A stretch of DNA of 64,000 nt from Azolla caroliniana (taxonomy: Eukaryota; Plantae; Polypodiophyta). The stretch spans positions 20,522,001 through 20,586,000 of the forward strand of contig JBHGNT010000013.1 in the NCBI GenBank assembly GCA_043228905.1, read 5' to 3'. Shown here piece after piece: positions 43,901 to 56,774 of the stretch (position 1 is the first letter of the stretch; the number at the start of each line of letters is the position of its first letter). The notes under the pieces are model-generated. The model saw only the letters and a list, made by a program, of their open reading frames with translations, made no database searches and was not told the origin of the DNA. Position numbers and translations under genes: made by a program.

Positions 43901-46900
43901 ACTTATTCAAAGAGAAGAATATGGGAAGTTACTTAATAATTTCTTCAAACACAAGAAAAAGCACATGTATGTGCTAAATTATGGAGAAATCTAAAGGAGA
44001 AACGTGTTGAGAGTTATGGTGACTTGACTCTTCTTGACTTGTCTATACATTGTATGAATTTATATGGGCTATCTATTGCAAGAAAGATGATGTGTTATGG
44101 TTCTCTTCACATGTCTCCCTTCCTTACAATTGAAGATAATATGCTATCTATACCCAATGGCTGAAATGCTCAAATGGACAGGAAAGGAAGCACATGCAGG
44201 GATAAGTTATATGTTTAATCATGCATTGCAACATGCCATTGCCCTACAATTGGACTACAAATTGGATCAAACCTTTACATAAAAGTGGAGATGTAAATAA
44301 TCTAAACTATAGAACCATCATAGTTAGCTAACTAATGGCAAAACTATTAGGATGCATAATGGAATCAAAGAGAAGTGCATGGGCTGAAACAAAATAGTAA
44401 GAGAGCTTATGAACAAGTTGGCTTTCGAACACACCATAGCACCATCAATCACCTTGTCACCCTTTGAATATTAATGGAGGAAAGTCACTTGAGAGGTAAA
44501 GGTTTATATTGTTCACTTGAGAGGTAAAGGTTTATATTAATGGCAAAACTATTTGGATGCATAATGGAATCAAAGAGAAGTGCATGGGCTGAAACAAAAT
44601 AGTAAGAGAGCTTATGAACAAGTTGGCTTTCGAACACACCATAGCACCATCAATCACCTTGTCACCCTTCGAATATTAATGGAGGAAAGTCGCTTGAGAG
44701 ATAAAGGTTTATATTATTGATTTAAACTTTAAGAAAGCTTTTGATATGGTACCTCGTGAACATCTTTGGAAGCGAATGGAAAGGTGCCAAGTGAATATAT
44801 GCTTGAAATTTCCCCAATCTATGAGAAGGTATCTGTGTGTGTTTGGGTTATAGAATTTCAGATTTTTTCGATAACACTATTGGTGTTAAGCAAGGATGCC
44901 CATTCACACCAACTCTATTTGGTCCATGCATTGATTGTCAATGGAGCTTTGTTTAAACTACTATTCAAAATATAGACTTCTATCCTAACTTCATGTAAAG
45001 TCCAAAAGATGCTTTTTCTTGGAGAAATGAGGACGTCAATATTTGTTCAACTTGTCCCTCTCAACTTGAATACCGTGGGGTCAATTGGAAGAAATGGCTG
45101 CCAAGTTTGTATAGGAAGAAAGCATAGAAGAATGTCATCATGCTTTTGTTATATACTGATGGTATAGTACTTTTTGCAAATAATCTAGGAGATGCGCAAA
45201 AGCTTATGAAGGAATTGGAAGAATTTTGCATGTATACTAAATTAAGTGGCTATAGCTCTAAACCAAAAATTATACTTGTGAAGAGCTAAAGCTTCAAATA
45301 TCTTGGCCTTGAAGTTCCTTCAAATCATAGATGGAATGAGTGCACTACCTGTTGCCTAGACGCGGAAAAAGAGCATATTATGGATTTGAGAATACATGCA
45401 ATCATGGAAAAATGTAGTGTTTGGTCCTCCAGAAATACCTTTTCGACATTTTGGTGACATTGATGCTTCTCTATGGGGTGGAAGTATGGGATGGTAACAT
45501 CCCCAAATCTACTTGGAAAGAGTTTGAAAATATCCAAAAGGATTTCCTTATCAAATTTCTCCAAGTTAAGCACATTGACTTCCTAGAATTGCATGGGAAG
45601 CAAGCAAAAAGATCCAAAAGACGCATACAAAATTTGTGTTCCAGTTGGATGCAACAATGGAAAAATGGTTTGGAAGATGGGATGCAACATACTTGCTTCA
45701 TGATACATCACTAGATTCCTCTGTAAATGATGCCTTTTTGCAATGCTAATGGTTTGGAAGATGGGATGCACCACACTTGCTTCATGACATGTGATGGCTC
45801 ACGCTTCACACATTATACTACATATGTTGCACCTAACTACCAAAACCATATTCTTCGCCAAACGGGGAAACTATACACATCAATACATGTTAGAACCCAT
45901 CCCTTTGTCTGTGATCTAAATCATTGCTTCCATACGACTTAGGTCACACGCATTGCGATGTGAAACGAGGCATTGGGGCACAAGTGATGAGACTTGTCGA
46001 CTATGCACACTTTGCCTGAAACAAGTTCGAGAGTCTATGAGTATCACACTTTGATACAATGCTCTGCCTTCGATCATATTTGACTATGCTTTCCACATCT
46101 CTTCGACCAAATCCAATCCTTGCACGAATTTCTCTCGCAATCACAATGTACACTCTCGATTGCAAAATTTATTAATATAGTTCTTGAACAGTTGGAACTG
46201 CTACTTATTTTCCCATGTATTACGTAAAATCTAATATTTTTGGTGTCATAGGTCATATTTGACCTCCGAAAACGATAATAGAATCTACCTGTGTGTGTGT
46301 CTCAATAGTCAATGTTGACCTAAGAGAATACATTTTACACTTTACCCTTAACAAGTTTTGGGAGTCTGAGTATCATACTTTGATACAATGCTTTGGTTTT
46401 GATCACATCTGGCTATGCTTTCCACACATCTTCAACCAAACCCAATCTTGCACAAATTTCTCTTGTTTATAGTGTGCACTCTCGATTGCAACATTCATTA
46501 GTAAAATTCACAGATATTACGTGAAAATGTTATATGTTTGTTCTCATAGGTCATGCTTGACCTCCAGAAACGATAATAAAACCTGTCCATCTTTCAGGAG
46601 ATTAATGTTATGCATTTTACTCTAAGCCTAAAACTAATCTTTTCGTATGAGATTTTCGGTTTCATCATTAGCTAGCTAGGGTAAACGATTAAGCCACATA
46701 GTTGTATTTATTAACTTCTTAGTTAAAACAACTATTTAAGAGAGAAAGAAAGATATATTAATGTTTTTTAAGAGGCCAAAATGGCCTATAAGACCAAACA
46801 AGAGATTACATCTTAAGTGTTGTCTCGTCTTTGAGAACAACAGATAAGTGGTTGTGTGTCATTTACTTGGTTGGAGATGTAACTCCAAATGAGAGAAAAA

Positions 46901-49900
46901 TGTGTGCCCTATGCAACACATCTAATTTGTGTCTTTACTAGTAGTAGCAAGTGATGAGACAATACATTGAACAGAAATTTACTCTGTACTTCACTAATAG
47001 GTGTGCCAAATAGCAAGGATAATTTTAAAAAGTCAACTCAACTAATGGGTCTGCAAGCTTATTTAATGGACTCAATTAAGAAAGTATAAAAGATAATTTT
47101 TTAACTTCTCAAAGAGACCATAATAGCCTATATACTAGACAAATAGTTGTGCAAGTCTTATCTAATGGACTCAACTAAGAAAGTACAAAGATAATTTTTA
47201 AACTTCTCTAAAAGACCATAGTAGCCTATTAAACCTAACAAAGATTACAACTATTTATGTTAACTCATCAATGGCAATAACAAAAGAAAAATGTCTTTCT
47301 ACTTTAGCATCCTAATACTGAATTTCTTGAAACTAAATGGCTAGTTGCCTGTCTATAAGCACCCCAAAAAAGGGTGAGTTAAGATAAAGAAATATAGACC
47401 TTCACAATCTCAATCACTGAATTTCGAACAAGCGAATATGATAAAGCTGGAATGGTCTTTCTGAAAGCTCTAACATGATTATCACCTTATGAAGATCATA
47501 GAAAACACCACAAAAATCCAATATACATACCTCTAGCTTATCCTCCTTGGAATGATGATGTAACGGGAGTAAGCGTACCTCCTCTGTTAAACGAATACAT
47601 TCTCGTAGGTTTTCAGGAGAGACGAAATCCATCTCTATGTGAATGCAAGACTGGACAAGTAGCAACAAATTTCAATGTAGAAAGTTTTGTACAATCACTA
47701 GCAATTGATCAAACTTCTATATACCTATTAATTGATTCTAACAAAAATAATAATAATCATTGTCAAAGAAGTACAATGAAGGGACCTTCAAGTTTCTGAC
47801 TTGGTAAGCACATCCTGCTGGAATAAACACAGCTTCTCCAACATGCTGTTCAAACGTCCAAGGATCCACACCTATAAAATTGGAGGAAGCTTGAGATTCT
47901 GGAAGCACATTCATATTTGATTGTGAATAACTGAACACTTACCATACTTTTCTTTAAGTTTTCTCTTATGCTCTTTTGTAAGATAGACAGTCTGATCATG
48001 AATTGAATGAGTAACCTGCATTCCAGAAATTATAATCACGAAACACTATCAACAGATGATAGATACATGCAAAATCTTGGTACAGATTTTTACATGTTGC
48101 AAGCCCTGTTGTGACACATGCTGAAATTCACGGAAGTGCTTTTGCAAATAATCTTGTAGATTAGGTAAATCCTGCCGTCTGAAAATATCCCATAATGCCC
48201 CTCCATAGTAGTCACCCACGTTTCTATTAGATTGTTCAAATTCTGTCCCCTCACGATCTGTTGTCATCTCATGGGCTAGAGAGTTGGTGATATTCTTCTC
48301 TCGCAGTGTAAAGTCTTCAGTTACACCCACATTAGGAACTTCTGAATCAATCCTCAAGTTTGCATGTTCTCTCGATAGAGCTATCTGAATGATGCCAACA
48401 AGATGGAGAAACAAGAAATCTAAGTCCAAATATAAAAAGGATAAAGTAACCAAAAATGCAAAAGAAAATGAGACTGTTGGAACTAGGTAGCATAAAACTG
48501 ATGATCTAAATTTACAATTCTAAAAGTGCATCTCTAAACGACAATAAATGGCCTCTAAATGGGATTGAAATGAAATGCAAGTTATATTAACATCTTCAAA
48601 AGGCCAGATGACAGATGAACCAAAAGTTACATCCATGAAAAGAACAAATGTCATATTTATGTCCACAGTATGCCTTGAGGGCAAGTTGATACATCAAATC
48701 AAACAATTCACTTCATGGAGGTGCGCACAAGGCACATGAAAACTAATGCTATAAATGGTTTCTTTATAACTAAAATGCTGATATTTGATGACGATACAAT
48801 GCTAGACCTACAACATCATCTACCATTCAACAATGCTTAGGAATATGAAAGTCTTCTAGTAGTGCTCTCTCCTCACAGTAGACACCAATTTCCAGCTTGC
48901 TGATCAGAACTAACTTTCTGTTCTAAATTCACGGAGAAGTATTTTATATGTTATACAATTGCTTGACATTGACTAGAACTTTCACTTGCTCCTAGATTAA
49001 GAGCCTCACAACGTCATTCTTTGTATAATAAATCCTTCCGCCACACATCTGTTAGAAATATTGAGAATCGATTAGATAGACATATAGAGTTACAACCACA
49101 GAGATGGATATATGAAAACAAACTTTCTATTACTTATGAGAGTAGCTCACAATGGTAGTTCACCCATGCACTCACACCTTAGAGCTTAGATGGAATCTGG
49201 ACCAGCTCACACTACAAAATTAGTGGGGACCGATGATAGTCTCAGCCACCGTGTAAGAGAGTGGATTATATTCTCTGTTTGGTCTGAATGTAACATTAAA
49301 TGTGCAAGTCAGTTGATAGTAGTGGAGATATTCCTTTTCTGTCAATTGACTTGTCATTTAATATGGCCCAGCTCCCTAGATACAAGCTAGTGCTAGATAG
49401 TACTTATCTTAAAGTCAATAGCGCATACTTCAAGACTAAGTACATCGTAACTTGCCCACAAAACATTCTTCTAGTTGACTTGATTAACCAATCCTAAAAT
49501 ATTCTTCTAGCTGACTTGATTAGCCAATCCTATTAGCCTACTTCGCTCTTTCCTAAGTACATTGTGTCCAACTCATCTATGGTTTCCAAGATTGACACCT
49601 TATCAACCCATATGGTTGAGTTGCATAATGGCTACTCCTCATTTGGGGCACTATCACAAAATGTGCACTCTTAAGAGTACATATGGGGATAAATTGACAA
49701 CTTGGGGTTGATCATTGATTATATCTAACAACATCTACATGAAGTGCTGCCTATGAACTATACAGTTACCAAAGGTAAACAGCTTCTATGGTAGACAGAA
49801 GAAACAGATTTCTTCTCATTGAAAAATCATCCCCTGTTTTGAAATGGAATAATGTAGCATTACAAGTCATTCAAATCTCTTTTTACTCCACCCTTACTGT

Positions 49901-52900
49901 GACGGTTAATTTACTCTTCCATTTTGCAAACTGTAATCATAAAGAAGCAAATACAATAATCCATCCATTTAAAGACCATCAATCAAAAGGCACACATTCT
50001 CATTCACCAAAAACCTACTTTCGCTGTATCATATTCTGAATCAATTTCCCCACATATTTCTCTTTCCAAGTCACGCGTTTCATGTGGAGGAACAGGCCTA
50101 TCGTTGTCATGCCAGTCCTTATTGTCAGAAGAGTTTACTTCTCGGTACAGTTCAAGGATTTTATCAAGTTGTCGTTTCTGCCCCTCGGAAAGCTTAATAG
50201 CCGTTGCATGCACGAGCACATTCACCTTGATCACAAGCAAAAACAAGGGGATCTTTGGATCAGTCCTCACAAAGTGGCAATACAGAGCTTCACAAACTTC
50301 CCAAGACAACAACAACAAACTAACCACATCAGTTAGGTTACAATGCAACTTGGTTACTGAATCACCATGTCCAAGTTCGTCCCTTATACCATAAGCTATG
50401 GATGTCTTTGGACCGAGATCTGGTTTCAGTATGTAATCCGGAAGTTTTGATATCAAGTTCAAGCTTCCATATTTTGGATGTGTATATTCATGAAATGGAA
50501 GGCCAGTGATGAATTCAGCACCATGTCGTGCGAGCCTTTCCTGAAACAAAATTGATGGTGGCCAATCTTTCAATTGCAACATTTCAGGCCAACCGTCTTT
50601 ATGCATCCGGCCTTCTTGATAGCCTTTGAAGAATTGATGAATATTCATATCCACCTACAAAATGTCAACATGTCAAGAGCCAGCCTTTTTAACATTGTCT
50701 TAATGATGACCGGAATATCAATTGAGACAATGTTGTACAACATAAATACACCAACCTGAGACCAGTTTAGACAGTCAAGAGCTTGCACATTCTTTATTTC
50801 TCCTTCAATTTTATCATTTATACTCTCCTCGACTGCGTGGAAGATGTCTAAGGGATCCCAACTTAATCCCGGTGCGCCCTTCAGCACATTTCTGACAATA
50901 ACAGGCTCACCCTGAAACCAATGTTTTTGAAAATGTTGTAAACCTTCCTTTTTTGTCAGCTTGATTGTTGGGCAGTATACATAATTGTCCTTGCCTCCAA
51001 TTCTATTAGACGCATGACGAGTATATGCATTATGAGAATCAGCAGTGAAAGTCAGATCTGAAATAAGTCTAGCAGAGCAATCATAGCAAGGATCTTGAGC
51101 ATCCTGCAATAAAGGTGACTTTGAGTCTATCTTCATAATGCAATTAACATCATTCACCATTTTTGCTATCCAATCAGGCTTCAATATCCTTTTCAGAGCA
51201 AGTATACCAGACCCACATCCACCCCTTTCTGGATGTGGGCAAGGAATACTTTCATTTTCACTAGCAGACCAATCGGGTAATTTATACTGGCTTTCATTAT
51301 CCGGTGTATTGGAAAAAACTCTGACTCTTGTGTATGATGTTTTCTTAGCAGAACTTGCTTTTTCTCCTCCAGGTTGCTGTCCACACCGTAGCTCATAACA
51401 GCATGTAATGCACAAGTTATAGCTACAGCTTGAACAGCTTCTAAAGAGATCAATAACAGATGAATTGCAGTTATCACTGGAAAAGAAGCAAAAAACATAT
51501 CAAATATAATGACAAAATGATATCCACCATTGTTCAACCCACAAGTAGTCAACTCAACAGATTGAATGCAATGTTTCACTAAGCCACAAACAGATATAGC
51601 ATTACATTGGATTTATCGAGCTTGCTTTTTCAAAGAAACCCACACACCAGAATGATCACAAGGTAAGCACCTCCTTCTAGAAATTAACTAGTGAAATGAA
51701 TAACTTCAGCTTATATTTATGATCATTAGGGATGTTGATCAAGCCACCGAGAAGCTTGGATGTTGGGCAAAGCTTAGTTGTAACTAGAATTCTCCTCAAG
51801 GGAGAAACCAACCACGGAGGAGGCAGGATTCATCTAACAGTTCTATTGGGGAAATTTCCCCTTATCCACGTGAATAACCCATGAGAGCACACGTCTATAT
51901 TCATGAGGCACTCACATTTCCTTGATTAAATATCCATAGAATAATAGAACATATTATAGCACAAAAGCATATTGATTTCTATGCCTCTGAAGATCAAGCT
52001 AGAAATAATAAAGGTAAGTTTTCACCGGAAAAGGAAATCATGAAAAACAACTGGCTAAGTCCAGTTCAATTCTATGAACTTCCCTTCAATAAGTATACCC
52101 AAACTCAATGATCGAGAACATATGTATGTTATGCCTTGTAACAGATACGATACCACCTTCTTTACGGCTTTTTCCTTCTTTCTAAAGTGTCTTTGTTCGC
52201 AGTGTGGCGTATTTTCTGTGTCAGCATATTCTGAGGGAGGATCCTAAGCTTCCGCATATTTCTAACCCCAAATGAGTAAAGAAAGAAAAGGTTGCTTGGG
52301 GGTTCCTAGAACAAATCCGGTGGGGACAGGGAATGTAGCTCAGAGGATTAGAGCACGTGGCTACGAACCACGGTGTCGGGGGTTCAAATCCCTCCTCACC
52401 CACAATAATAATAATAGGGAGAACGAGAAGTCACCTTTCGCTTCGTGATGATTCTATCGAGAATGATCAAAACCTTGCTCTCAAGGCAATTATTTCAAAG
52501 ACTTCGAGCGAGTGTTAAGCTGCTTGCTATTTCGCCATGACATTTCTTAGAAGCTCCGAGCATAGGTGTGCCGATGGCATTCAACATGGCCTCTATTTGT
52601 TTGATTCCTTGAACCTCTACTTGTTGGGTTAGTCTATTGGAAGGGGTTAGGACATGTAGATTAATCGATTTCTCTCTTCCCAATCGCTCAAAAAGTCAGT
52701 CAAAGCTTACTTTGAATAGGGAGAGTGGCCGAGTGGTAAAAAGCAACAGACTGTAAATCTGTTGAAGATTTTCTATGCAGGTTCAAATCCTGCCTCTCCC
52801 AACCAATAGGTTAGGTCTGAAAAAAAATTATGCTTTCACTGTTGTTAATGGATAGCGAACGTATATCTGATGCTTTGCCTAGACTAGAGAACTCCGCTCG

Positions 52901-55491
52901 TACCCTCCTCTTCCATGGAAATGAAACGAATTTACCTTTCCACCAACCAGCTTCTCCCTCAAACCGACTTTCCTAAGGAGGGCACCACTTCGGTTCGGAG
53001 GGCTGCTTGCTTTTAGGCAAGCAACTTTGGTCATCTTTTGGTATAGTGAATACACCACTCTGTCCGACCCAATTAACCCTGCAATTAACCCAGAAAGGGC
53101 GGGCATCCGAACCGGGGATATTAGGGAATGAATCTATCCGTATGTCCACAGCATACAACCGCAACTAAAGCGAAAAGCAGCAGGTGGGAAAAAAGGGGGC
53201 AGACCCCCACCCTGAAGTGAAGAGATTCAATGAGACCACTCGATACATAGACAACATGCTATTTCATGAGTGACTAGGAAAAGCAGAGAAAGGTATAAGA
53301 AGAGGAAACTAATCGACGAGAATTGAAAGATGATTTAATAAGAACAGAAACATCTTCAGTAAACTCATAAATACCCTTCAAGATTCAAAAGTAAATGCTG
53401 ACCAGTACAAATGTTCATTCTTCATAAGCTTTAGCCTTTCTGTCTTAGAGCCTGTATCGCCTAAAACCCAGAAAAACAAATTCATTTAACTTTCAGCTAA
53501 TATATAGAAGAAATGGCAATTTCAAAACTTGTTCAAGGTATTAATTTGTGTTTTCCCTAGAAATTAACCATTCCATTTTGTTTCAATTTCCATTTCTTGG
53601 CATTGTTCTTGATGCAGTCGTCCTAAAAGTGGTTGAACAAAAGACAGCAAGTAGTGAAGGGATTTCATTTTATCAGCATCACCAATCTGCTGAGGCTGCA
53701 AAAGAAAATAAGGCACAATAATTCAAATATCCTCATAGCTCACAATGAAACACTGAGTTGTGTGAAAAGGAAGTGGGGCAACCTTAAACCTAAACCCACC
53801 TTATCATGGAATGATGCACTAGAACCATCCACGCAAAAGCAAGCTTTGCAGTTGCAATTTCCTCTACAATAAGGGCAAGATTGTTTGACATCCTTTTCAG
53901 ACATTGCTGGATACCTAAATTGGTGTTAGTTTTTATTCATTAATTTTCATAAACATAAAATGGGAATTTAAATTTCTTATTACCATCTTGCAATGCATTG
54001 AACACAATATCGCTTCTTTCCACACTTTTGACAGCGGATAATTTCTTCTCTGTCATTCCTTTGGCATTGATGGCATGACCTACTTTGTTGATCCTTTTCA
54101 GCATGTGCAACATGATCAGGGTATGGCAGTACCTTGTCCTAAATTTTGGAAAGGTAAGTGCATGAAATTTCTAAGAAAATAGGTATATTTCCCCCATGAA
54201 GTAAATTAAACTCCGCTCAATGCAAGGCCTTATAATATCATTTCAAACATTCTTATTCCCTTCATTAAAAAGCATGAGTTGGCCATACAATTGCTCAACT
54301 AACACCGATAATTGATAAAAAGGAAATGAATTGAGCATATAATTGGTCTTTTGGGGCTTGAACAAAGGGTATTTGGTGGAATAAGGAAAACACAGGCATT
54401 TGAGGAAACAACAAACTCCAGGATATTCTGGCGTTTTTCCCTCATATAAAATATTCAATAAACAATGATCTTAGAGAGTAATATGCATGCATACACATAT
54501 ACACATATCAATGTGTGGACAAGAACATGAGTTATTAGCATAATCTCTACCTTCAATTCCTTATTATGCATATGATTTGCCATGAATAAAAGTTAACTTT
54601 CCCATAAACCCTATGTGGTTATATCAACAATTCTCAGACCATTATAAGCTTTAATCATTCTTGCAAATCCTTCAAACGTTCTAGCTTTGGGATAAATTCT
54701 TGGATTTCTATCCTTCTTTGAATTCTCTGTGACTTTGAGATTCCAAAGGTATCTTTACAGTTGCTGGCAATGGTTGGCAGGACAACTCTAAGCCTTTATC
54801 CATATTTTGATTACCTTCAACCTTCTAAGTTTGCAAATATTGACTAAAGGAATGATTTTTCATTTTGAAAGAAATAAAATTACCCGCAAGAAAAAACAAT
54901 CAGAGATGGAGAGGCAGAATGGGTTTTTTGAGGGCAGATGACCAATTCTAAGACTTAATCTTTCTTTAAATTTTCGCACTAATTTTCTTAATTGAACAAA
55001 GATTTTAAAAAAGACAAACAATATTCACTAAACAAAGAATAAGCAATCAGAGATGGAAAGAACGAAGAAAAGGGTTCACTGAAGCATACTTTCATGGACG
55101 AACTTGAGGTCGGAGACTTTGCAATTTTAAAAGTATCATCAATTCTCTTTGAGAATTTCAGATGCTCACTTACACCAAAATCTTTCAGAAATTTATGCTC
55201 ATTACTTGCAAAACTTGATGAAGAAGAAGCTCCTTTAAGCTTTGATTTACTCTTCGCTTCATTTGTTTTCATCTTCTTTGGAGAAGTATTTGAAGGAGCC
55301 ATTGCAGAAGCAGACGAAGAAGACGAAGAAGGATTTGTTCCTCTCTTCTTAGCTTGATTATAATGCTTTTCGCAGAGTGTTTTGTTCTCCATAGCTCGGG
55401 CAATACACCTCCATTGCTTACCATCAGATCTCTTGCATCGATATTCATCAGGAATTAGTTCTTCCTCTGCGTTCTGTTTGATTCGATTCAT
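40971..55491 (-). CDS. JMJ24: KDM3/JHDM2-group JmjC protein, JMJ24-like (WRC, RING-type zinc finger, JmjC with substituted catalytic residues)
   Basis: WRC domain [29 protein letters not shown]; RING-like [29 protein letters not shown]; JmjC region [78 protein letters not shown]. Approx. exons (minus strand): 55491-55090, 54824-54551, 54138-53984, 53914-53800, 53695-53569, 53460-53403, 51476-50756, 50654-50325, 50225-50019, 49930-49770, ~48384-48094, 48015-47943, 47871-47786, 47650-47531, 41180-. The 3' end is uncertain: 40971 if unspliced, ~40856 if a further short intron is used. Confidence 0.9.
41460..43367 (+). mobile_element. RTE/RTEX-like LINE, 5'-truncated and degenerate, in a JMJ24 intron (antisense)
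   Basis: [45 protein letters not shown], then C-terminal [21 protein letters not shown]; ends with the 3' hairpin and a (TTTC/CTCC)n tail. Confidence 0.85.
43368..46300 (+). mobile_element. Second, older RTE/RTEX-like LINE (different subfamily), degenerate
   Basis: Endonuclease remnant [24 protein letters not shown]; RT fragments [47 protein letters not shown]; C-terminal [21 protein letters not shown]; internal duplications at 44333-44714 and 45664-45790; 3' hairpin at 46250-46265. Confidence 0.8.
46360..46595 (+). mobile_element. Additional 3'-end copy of the second LINE subfamily
   Basis: Diverged repeat of 46030-46290 (GAGTATCA(C/T)ACTTTGATACAATGCT..CATAGGTCAT..TGACCTCC..AAACGATAATA). 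Confidence 0.8.
46740..46847 (-). mobile_element. Short 3'-end fragment of the first RTE-like LINE subfamily
   Basis: Near-identical to the reverse complement of 43240-43345 and to 3165-3265. Confidence 0.85.
47050..47230. repeat. ~97-bp tandem duplication
   Basis: TGCAAG..TAATGGACTCAA(T/C)TAAGAAAGTA..AAAGATAATTTTT..AACTTCTC..AGACCATA(A/G)TAGCCTA occurs twice. Confidence 0.75.
49050..49730 (-). mobile_element. Solo LTR of the same Copia family as 15862-21431, in a JMJ24 intron
   Basis: Reverse complement of the Copia LTR, with TGTTAGA...TCTAACA termini and a perfect 5-bp TSD ACATC (49045-49049 and 49731-49735); small internal duplication at about 49460-49530. Confidence 0.93.
52329..52402 (+). 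tRNA. trnR-ACG: tRNA-Arg(ACG), plastid type, probably a pseudogene
   Basis: GGGAATGTAGCTCAGAGGATTAGAGCACGTGGCTACGAACCACGGTGTCGGGGGTTCAAATCCCTCCTCACCCA matches the plastid trnR-ACG as I recall it, with a damaged acceptor stem and TTCGA>TTCAA. Confidence 0.88.
52719..52801 (+). tRNA. trnY-GUA: tRNA-Tyr(GUA), plant mitochondrial type, probably a pseudogene
   Basis: GGGAGAGTGGCCGAGTGG..ACAGACTGTAAATCTGTTGAAG..GGTTCAAATCCTGCCTCTCCCA; 83 nt with a long variable arm and no intron, unlike nuclear tRNA-Tyr. Confidence 0.88.
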
Positions 55492-55612
55492 GGCTTCCTA
55501 TTTTTCCTTCAGCGGGTGGTTTGTTTGCTGATCTGTTAGATGTCGGAAACGTATGGAACTCTTCTTTCTGTCTCTCTCAGTTCATGTGAGCAAGTAAAAA
55601 AAAAAAAAAACG

Positions 55613-55651
<39 letters not shown>

Positions 55652-56774
55652 TTGTAGTAGAACCGCTGCTTCTCCACAAATGGTTCCTCTGATTATTGAA
55701 AACTACACAAAATGACCCAATCCATTTTGTCCCAAAACCTTGCTCATCCGGTATAACTTGGTCAAGTAAACAAGCCCACAAAGAATCATCTTCTCATCTA
55801 TGCCATAGCAACTTGCCCCAATCCTCGCTAAACGCTCTTTCAACCAAGATTCCACAACTTGCCTACACTCCATAGTTGAACACCGTGGTGTTTTGTCTAT
55901 GGACTGGGAATTTGCAACCAATGTATCTTGTTGGCAAAGAAAATCGATGCATCGGTACAACCTCAAAGCCAATTAACTAGGCTCCCCATCTTGTAAATGA
56001 TTGTCTCTTATGATAGTAAGGAACCAAAACCTCAATTTTGTGTAAACATCTGTATTTGCAATGGATGTTGCCTCCTAGAGTCCTTGGGATCACATGACAA
56101 TCGTATGCTATTACACCCTCAACGCAGTTAAAAGACTTTTTTCCTACGAATAAAGTAAGACTTTAGAGGTTCTTTCTCTCATAATGTGGAAGGCTACATA
56201 CAGTTTACTCCAATTGAAACTATCTATTTGTGCATTGACTCGCCGAATTTTGATATCATTCTATTCCATTGCATATGTTGAGTGAATGGAGACCATACGA
56301 TAGTGTCCCTATTGTGTGACTACCAAAGACATGTACCATCCCAAAGTGTGGTGGTCCAAGAACATAAAAAAAAGCTTTGAAGAGATAGAGAGGCTAGGTG
56401 TATTTTGAGGTATGATGATTAATTCTAAAACCGAAGCCTCTAGAACAATGATACCGTTCCTGGCCTACCGTTCTTAGAAATGTATGGACACATGCTAAGA
56501 ATGCGCCATGCACCACCACCTCATACAATTATCCAATAGCTCTCGTAGTACTTCACACTACTTTTTTCGTCATTATTATGAAGCACACTATAAAGGTATA
56601 ACCCCTTGCAAATTGGATCTTAAGACATGCTGCCCGTTATTAAAAGTACAATTAGAATTATAAACAGTGCTATTGCTGCCATTACGATCATGTTAATCAC
56701 AGAACGAAAACACCCTAATGAGTCCCATAAAACATCCACATTCAGTAACCCATAAAATAAAGGTTCATGCCATC

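Larger units (their letters stand above)
52150..53300. other. Organelle-derived insertion (NUMT-like) in JMJ24 intron 51477-53402; boundaries approximate
   Basis: Contains two organellar-type tRNA genes and GC-richer spacer or intron-like sequence unlike the surrounding AT-rich intron. Confidence 0.75.

Noticed and set aside
52329-52801. Functional nuclear tRNA genes
   Set aside because: Organellar-type sequences with an acceptor-stem defect (trnR) and CpG decay; the trnY lacks the intron typical of nuclear tRNA-Tyr.
52880-53170. Group II intron fragment on the minus strand
   Set aside because: It looks organellar, but I could not identify domain V or a clean GUGYG start; kept only as part of the organellar insertion.
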